Notes under the pieces: generated by a model
What the model saw: the letters and a program-made list of their open reading frames with translations, nothing else
Database searches by the model: none
Told to the model about the DNA's origin: nothing
Assembly: GCA_019056785.1 (NCBI GenBank)
Contig: DXJV01000043.1
Location: 1-13,915, forward strand
Source of the DNA: Candidatus Heimdallarchaeota archaeon
GTDB taxonomy: Archaea; Asgardarchaeota; Heimdallarchaeia; JABLTI01
Direction: 5' to 3'
Length of the DNA stretch: 13,915 nucleotides
Translations under genes and position numbers: made by a program
Part shown: piece by piece, positions 8,762 through 13,915 of the stretch
Numbering within the stretch: position 1 is the stretch's first letter
Layout of the letters: each line of letters starts with the position of its first letter

Positions 8762-8779
8762 CTGAAAAAAAATATAAAG
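8762..8779 (+). promoter_or_regulatory. BRE/TATA promoter, probably leaderless transcript
   Basis: CTGAAAAAAAATATAAAG. TATAAA ends 23 nt before ATG 8802 and there is no SD motif. Confidence 0.55.
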
Positions 8780-8801
8780 GATAATTCAACTGTCTTTTTC
8801 C

Positions 8802-9590
8802 ATGACACAAATTGTCGGTAGAACTTTTGGAATCGATTTCATCTATTTGGATTTAATTTTGGTGAGTATTTGGATTATTTTGCTGTTAGTACGCAAAAGA
8901 TTCAAGGAATTGCTGATCGGCATTTTTGGTTATGTTGTTGTTATGTTTACTGATGCGGTGATCTGGTATACCATTAAAAAGACCAGGCATATTGAGATAG
9001 CCGGCAATGTCATTGGTCCTTATCTTTTCTTGGCGTATTTTTCCTTTACTTACGGAGTCATTATGTTTTCTTTTGCCGTAATGATGTTTAACCGGCAGGT
9101 TTCACCTCTTGAAAAAATTCTCTGGTCGGCCTTTTTGTTTTTAGGTTGGTTGGCGATTGGGCTGATTTCGCAACACATTCATTGGAATGATACTGAAATC
9201 TACATTTATCGTGACATGACTTCCTCCCGATTAGGGCAAATATTAATGGCGATAATTGGTTATGCTCTTATTCTTGCATGGAAAATTATCTCAGAATTCA
9301 CTGATAAATTTCCCTTCAACCTTATGAAGACTGTTCCTTATTGGTATTTCGCTGTGCTTATTATTACGGGCATCTTTATTCACTTCTCTATGGAATCTAC
9401 TCTCTGGATTGCTCAAATCCGCCCTTCTGATTGGGAAGTTCTTCTAACTAATAGTTTACTCGAGTTCAATACTGGCATACCAATTCTTTTCGCTCTCTGG
9501 GTAACAATTAATCAAAAAGACTACAAATACACTCCGGCTGTTGAACCAGCAGAAGTTGATGTTGCACTAGCACCACCCGTCCAACATTAA
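8802..9590 (+). CDS. Uncharacterised integral membrane protein (~7 TM)
   Basis: 262-aa ORF with about seven hydrophobic segments and polar residues in or next to them (D17, D51, H194, E198, E221). No family confidently recognised. Confidence 0.8.
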   Translation: MTQIVGRTFGIDFIYLDLILVSIWIILLLVRKRFKELLIGIFGYVVVMFTDAVIWYTIKKTRHIEIAGNVIGPYLFLAYFSFTYGVIMFSFAVMMFNRQVSPLEKILWSAFLFLGWLAIGLISQHIHWNDTEIYIYRDMTSSRLGQILMAIIGYALILAWKIISEFTDKFPFNLMKTVPYWYFAVLIITGIFIHFSMESTLWIAQIRPSDWEVLLTNSLLEFNTGIPILFALWVTINQKDYKYTPAVEPAEVDVALAPPVQH

Positions 9591-9607
9591 TTTTGTTCAT
9601 CCAGAGA

Positions 9608-9653
9608 TCTTTTTTCATTCTTTCACTCTTTTTTCCTTCTTTTTTATATTTTT
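9608..9653 (+). terminator. Oligo-T terminator region
   Basis: Long T/C tract after the stop at 9590 and before the next TATA box. Confidence 0.5.
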
Positions 9654-9654
9654 A

Positions 9655-9703
9655 CTGAAAAATTATAAAGTAATAAGTGCAACATAGAATTATTAAAAGG
9701 AGA
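9655..9703 (+). promoter_or_regulatory. BRE/TATA promoter and SD site of the plsY-like gene
   Basis: CTGAAAAATTATAAAG at 9655-9670. GGAGA at 9699-9703, 8 nt before ATG 9712. Confidence 0.6.
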
Positions 9704-9711
9704 TAACAATC

Positions 9712-10485
9712 ATGGCTCTTCAAGTTTTGTGGCTTATCTTAGCTCTTCTGGGATCATTCTTAAGTGGTTCAATACCCTTTGCGGTTTTAATTGGGAAAAT
9801 GGCAACAGGCAAAGATCTCCGCAATTATAATGTTGGTAATCCTGGCGGCTTTAATGCTGTAATGACCTATGGTTTGGCAATTGGTTTGTCTGTTATTTTC
9901 ATCGACATTTTGAAAGGCTTTCTCCCTATGATGGCTATTGACTTGATTTTCAAACAAGCTGCTTGGGGTTTTGGCATTGATACTGTTTGGTATAAATTGG
10001 CTGTTATCCTCGGACCGGCCTTTTGTATTCTCGGGCACAATCATTCTCCTTGGTTGAAATTTAAAGGCGGTCGTGGGAGCGCTGTTTTTATTGGTACTCT
10101 TATTTGGGTGAACCCTCTGGTATTGATTTGTTACTTTTTCCCCTTTGGCATTATGATTGGCCTTTTCAAAGTTCCCACTCGAGTTTCTACTGTTCTTTCT
10201 GCAATTTTCTACCTACCAGCAGCCCTTTTCCTTCCCATTGCGCCTCTCTGGTCAAGGCACATGCTGACAACGATGGTATACCCTGCAACCGGGCAGTTCA
10301 TTTACTTACTACCGTTCTTAATTGCCTTAGAGATGTGGCTAGCCCAATTACCACGCCATATACCTAGCCTTATTGCAGCTCTTCGCGGAGAAGAATGGAC
10401 TTTAAAAGTTGGTGAGGGGCAACAGTTCTCAGAAAAACTGGATACAATCAAAGCCAAAGCAACAAAAGAAGAAAAAGAGGAGTAA
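9712..10485 (+). CDS. plsY: PlsY-family acyl-phosphate-dependent acyltransferase, divergent active site
   Basis: GSIPFA, DLR...GNPGGFN (motif 1), DILKG, LGHNHSPWLKFKGGRG (motif 2), RH...GEE (motif 3); multi-TM. Family is secure, substrate is not. Confidence 0.9.
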   Translation: MALQVLWLILALLGSFLSGSIPFAVLIGKMATGKDLRNYNVGNPGGFNAVMTYGLAIGLSVIFIDILKGFLPMMAIDLIFKQAAWGFGIDTVWYKLAVILGPAFCILGHNHSPWLKFKGGRGSAVFIGTLIWVNPLVLICYFFPFGIMIGLFKVPTRVSTVLSAIFYLPAALFLPIAPLWSRHMLTTMVYPATGQFIYLLPFLIALEMWLAQLPRHIPSLIAALRGEEWTLKVGEGQQFSEKLDTIKAKATKEEKEE

Positions 10486-10632
10486 TAATAACTGGAAAAA
10501 TACTTTTTTTATTTTTCCTTTTTTTTATTGCAACAAACTTTCTTACTTGTTTTTTCAAGACCACTTAATCTGGGGGCCACAATTTCTTGGAAAAAAAGAG
10601 AAAAGAAGGAAAGTGCGAAGAGCTATTTCCTC

Positions 10633-11517
10633 TTATATTGCTTTCACTTTCTTTTTAACGAGAAGCATTATTGTGAATGTGGTTATAATTCCTACCCCAA
10701 GATAAATCCATGACAAACCTAATGGTCTGGTATAATTTTCTTCTGCTATTTGAACACTCATGCTGAAAGTTGTGTCTTCTCCTTTATATGTCCCACTGAT
10801 TGTTGTTTGGAGATTATAGCCTTGCAAAGTGTAAGAAGTAACATTGTAATCAAATCGTAATGTATGAATAATTATCAAATCCGTTGATTCGTTACTAATA
10901 ATATACCTGCCCATAACACTTACAAGGAACGAAATTGTTTCTCCTGCATCATACCATTTTGCATAAGAGCTGCCGGTGACATTACTTTCTGCAGTATCGA
11001 AGGAATTGTAGAGGTCTTCCCAATTTGTCGAGTCATTATAATAGTCATAAACGTTATTCCAATCTGTCGAGGGAGGTGCAAAATAGAAATTGTCACTTAA
11101 GCTTACACCAATAGTAGGATCGATAGGATTTACTGTTCCACTGGAGATCCCCATAACAATGAAAGGAAAGAAGGAATAATAGATGAGCCCAAGTGCAAAG
11201 TTAAAGCCGTTAGAAGTCACATCGGTAAGTTTCGCATCACTTGAATCGTAAATAGAGTAAGAGACATCACCACTTGAAATTGAATTCACATGTGCTCTAA
11301 TTTGTGCATTGACCGGTATGGAATGCGTTCCCACTCGAAAGCTGGACGTGTTCCCGCTAGTGGTAGTTCCACCATTAGTATAATTGAAACTTCCTTTCGC
11401 ACGTTTTACATTAAAATAATAGTTATCTCCTGCTTGTAATCCTTGAACAGAAAGTGAAGGGATTACAAGAAGCATAAAAATGACAAGAACAGATAAAACG
11501 GAAAATACTTTTTTCAT
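10633..11517 (-). CDS. Secreted, C-terminally anchored surface glycoprotein (resembles Asgard choice-of-anchor S type proteins)
   Basis: Signal peptide MKKVFSVLSVLVIFMLLVIPSLSVQG. Beta-rich S/T/Y/N body with about 7 N-x-S/T sequons. Ends PLGLSWIYLGVGIITTFTIMLLVKKKVKAI. GGAG SD at 11531-11528. Family resemblance is from recall only. Confidence 0.7.
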   Translation of the reverse strand: MKKVFSVLSVLVIFMLLVIPSLSVQGLQAGDNYYFNVKRAKGSFNYTNGGTTTSGNTSSFRVGTHSIPVNAQIRAHVNSISSGDVSYSIYDSSDAKLTDVTSNGFNFALGLIYYSFFPFIVMGISSGTVNPIDPTIGVSLSDNFYFAPPSTDWNNVYDYYNDSTNWEDLYNSFDTAESNVTGSSYAKWYDAGETISFLVSVMGRYIISNESTDLIIIHTLRFDYNVTSYTLQGYNLQTTISGTYKGEDTTFSMSVQIAEENYTRPLGLSWIYLGVGIITTFTIMLLVKKKVKAI

Positions 11518-11710
11518 TATTTAAATACTCCTAAATAGTTAATTAATTATTTAATAAAAAATTAAAATTCATCAAATATTTAAAGGCAATTTTTCTGGCA
11601 ATAAATTCTTATGATTTTTTAAAAAAAGAAACAAATTTTTCTTATTTTCATTCGCATAAACCATTTGTCGGAGCTCTTCTTTTCTTCCTGCTTGGATTAT
11701 AAAGCGCTAT

Positions 11711-13000
11711 TCAATTAGTCTCATCGATTGAAGAGCTTCTATTGTCAAGTGCCAAATCTTCACATTCATATTCCGTTTTTACCGACTTTCTTTTATCTCT
11801 AAATACCAGGCGTAAACCAATGGGCGTTATGATGATTGTTATAAAGACCAAGAGCACAGCCATTGAATAAATGCTCTGATCAAAAATCCCTTCCATTAGA
11901 CCAATTTCTGCAATGACAAGTACAATTTCTGCGCGCGGCATCATTCCAATTGAAATTTTGAATGCTTGTTTCGGTGTAAATTTCATTATTGATGCGCCAG
12001 AAAAAGTTCCGAGTGCTTTGGACAAGATAGCAATTGGGATTATTACGAGAATAATTGGCGGGAAGGTTGAGAAATCAATCAGGAATGTTGCCCCAACACC
12101 GAAAAAGAATAGCGGTAAAAAGAGCCCTTCACCCATTTTAATGAAAATATCCTTAATTTGCCCGACAAGGACATTATTTCTTTGAAGAAAAAGGCCAAAA
12201 AGGAAGGCGATAATTGCTCCTGAAATGCCAAAAATTTCTGCAAAATAGACCAGCAAAGCAAGCATACCAAAAATCATTCCCAACGAGAAATAACTTGTAG
12301 CTGAATTTGTGAAAATTCGAAGATGTTTTTCGAGGAATCGGAGAATCAATGGAAGGAGGAAAATTGCAACAAAAAGAAATGCAAGAAGGATCCCTATATC
12401 AATCAAAAGAGAATAATACCAAGCGTGATTGGGGTCAGGAAAAAGGGCACTGGAAAAAATGAGAATTAAGAGGAGAGCAATGAAGTCATCTAAAACTGCA
12501 GTTGAAAGCAGAATTTCTCCTTCTTCTGAATTTAATTTGCCAATATCATTAAGGGTTCGAACAGTAACACCAATACTTGTTGCAGTGAAGAGCGTTCCAA
12601 AAAAGAGTGCTCGTGGAACAGAGAGTTTGATGATAAACAGGCCACTAAGAAAACCCGCAAGCAAAGCAATAGAGACCTCGAAAAGTGAGATGACACTACT
12701 CTTTTTCCCACTTCTCCGAAAGCTTTTCGGGTTTACTTCTAAACCAATGATGAACATAAGAATTATTATTCCAATCTGAGAAAACTGTTTCAACACATCA
12801 ATGTCAATAAAGAGCTTTGGATCTGCGCCGATCATTCCTAGAAGGGGTCCACCTAGCATTATGCCTGCAAGTAATTCACCAATGATGGAAGAAAGTTTGA
12901 TTCGCTCGAAAATCTCCCCTAAAAGTCGTGCAGAGATCAAGGCAATGCCAAGATACAGGAAGACTTTGACTGACTCAGAGACATTTCCCGCAATACTCAT
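11711..13000 (-). CDS. Cation:proton antiporter, CPA2 (NapA/KefB-like) family
   Basis: About 12-13 TM segments. Motifs GELLAGIMLG, MFIIGLE, ATSIGVTVRTL, TAVLDD, FLPLFF, GMMPRAE. Confidence 0.93.
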   Translation of the reverse strand: MSIAGNVSESVKVFLYLGIALISARLLGEIFERIKLSSIIGELLAGIMLGGPLLGMIGADPKLFIDIDVLKQFSQIGIIILMFIIGLEVNPKSFRRSGKKSSVISLFEVSIALLAGFLSGLFIIKLSVPRALFFGTLFTATSIGVTVRTLNDIGKLNSEEGEILLSTAVLDDFIALLLILIFSSALFPDPNHAWYYSLLIDIGILLAFLFVAIFLLPLILRFLEKHLRIFTNSATSYFSLGMIFGMLALLVYFAEIFGISGAIIAFLFGLFLQRNNVLVGQIKDIFIKMGEGLFLPLFFFGVGATFLIDFSTFPPIILVIIPIAILSKALGTFSGASIMKFTPKQAFKISIGMMPRAEIVLVIAEIGLMEGIFDQSIYSMAVLLVFITIIITPIGLRLVFRDKRKSVKTEYECEDLALDNRSSSIDETN

Positions 13001-13512
13001 TTCTCGGGTTCACACTCCTCCACCTGCTTCTCTGTTTCTCTTTCTGCGACAAGCTTACGGATAATATTCCGGATTTCTGTGAAAATATCCGCTAAATAAA
13101 TCAACCCGGTAATTTGTTCTTTCTGGTTCTTGGCTCTTGGCAATACTGATGATTGGTATTTTGACATGCATTCCATTACTCGTTCGAGTGAATCATTGTC
13201 ATAAATTACCGGTAAATTGATGTTAATGAGCTCTCCTGCCGTATATTTTGTGAAGACATGTTGATGTGAAAATACCTCATGAAGAGAAGTATGCTTTTTC
13301 TGGAAAAGAAAAAGTAAATCGCGTAAAGTAATAATGCCAATATATTGTCCTTTTTTATTTATTACCGGAATAATTGGCAAGTCAGAAGTGCCAATACGGT
13401 TGAAAATTTCCAACAGAGTCTGATCATCATAAATTGGTGTGATTTTTCGCAATTTGAAATCTGCTGCCTTTATTTTACGTAACTCTTGAAATAATTTAGC
13501 CATGTCGAACAT
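12997..13512 (-). CDS. CBS-pair (Bateman module) protein
   Basis: Two CBS repeats (IPVINKKGQYIGIITLRDLL; LPRAKNQKEQITGLIYLADIF). Its stop overlaps the antiporter start as ATGA (13000-12997). Confidence 0.88.
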   Translation of the reverse strand: MFDMAKLFQELRKIKAADFKLRKITPIYDDQTLLEIFNRIGTSDLPIIPVINKKGQYIGIITLRDLLFLFQKKHTSLHEVFSHQHVFTKYTAGELININLPVIYDNDSLERVMECMSKYQSSVLPRAKNQKEQITGLIYLADIFTEIRNIIRKLVAERETEKQVEECEPEK

Positions 13513-13702
13513 TTTTCAGTTTTCCTTTTGTTTTTGAGTAATATTAAAACCTTATGTTAATTAATAATAATTTTATTATTTGAAATATTAACTGTTTGTT
13601 TAATTCATTTATTTAAGATTGCTATTTACTTTGTGGTTTCTCCTATTGCACGCAAGTCTTTACTGCTTATTTAAGATTGTGGAAAAAGAGTGGGATTTTG
13701 TT

Positions 13703-13717
13703 CGAAACATTTATAAT
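13703..13717 (+). promoter_or_regulatory. Putative BRE/TATA promoter
   Basis: CGAAACATTTATAAT about 46 nt upstream of ATG 13764. Confidence 0.5.
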
Positions 13718-13763
13718 AAATAGGAATTTTATTAATGTGATTACTAGCTTTTAAGTGGTTCTT

Positions 13764-13915
13764 ATGAAATTTAAAAAGTCAATAATCCTATTAGGCTTGT
13801 TATTGACTTCTACGTTTATTTTAGCAAACCAAATAACATTAACAAAAGTGACGAGCACAGAATATGTTGATGTAGTGGTTTTGTTAAAACCTGGTGTAGA
13901 AGTGAACTTCCCGAA
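13764..13915 (+). CDS. Secreted protein, N-terminal fragment; possibly an S8 (subtilase) precursor
   Basis: Hand translation: MKFKKSIILLGLLLTSTFILANQITLTKVTSTEYVDVVVLLKPGVEVNFP, open to the edge. Clear signal peptide. VDVVVLLK resembles the first strand of an I9-type subtilase propeptide (weak). Confidence 0.6.
   Translation, partial: MKFKKSIILLGLLLTSTFILANQITLTKVTSTEYVDVVVLLKPGVEVNFP

Noticed and set aside
9712-10485. plsY as a pseudogene
   Set aside because: Full-length intact frame, clear promoter and SD, retained structural glycines, His and Glu.
9787-10713. Short ORFs overlapping plsY and the plsY/surface-protein intergenic region (including 10409..10705 and 10528..10713)
   Set aside because: They overlap real genes and run through low-complexity T- and A-tract terminator DNA.
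11913-13064. Antisense or alternate-frame ORFs over the antiporter
   Set aside because: Typical antisense shadows of a hydrophobic membrane protein gene.

Overview
AT-rich archaeal chromosomal window. It is most consistent with an Asgard (Heimdallarchaeia-like) genome; this is inferred from BRE/TATA promoters, oligo-T terminators, sequon-rich C-terminally anchored surface proteins and a TPR plus longin-like protein. Gene order: partial secreted C25 (gingipain-like) peptidase precursor missed by the ORF track (-); 8-domain Fn3/Ig-like surface protein (-); DegV/FakB fatty-acid-binding protein (+); TPR protein with C-terminal longin-like domain (-); S9 peptidase (-); uncharacterised ~7-TM protein (+); PlsY-family acyltransferase (+); anchored surface glycoprotein (-); CPA2 cation/H+ antiporter coupled to a CBS-pair protein (-); start of a secreted protein, possibly a subtilase (+). 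No rRNA, tRNA, CRISPR or mobile element was seen. The strongest lead is a candidate fatty-acyl transfer module in an archaeon: an intact DegV/FakB near a PlsY that keeps its catalytic His but has its glycerol-3-phosphate phosphate-binding residues rewritten, next to an unknown membrane protein with a similar promoter.
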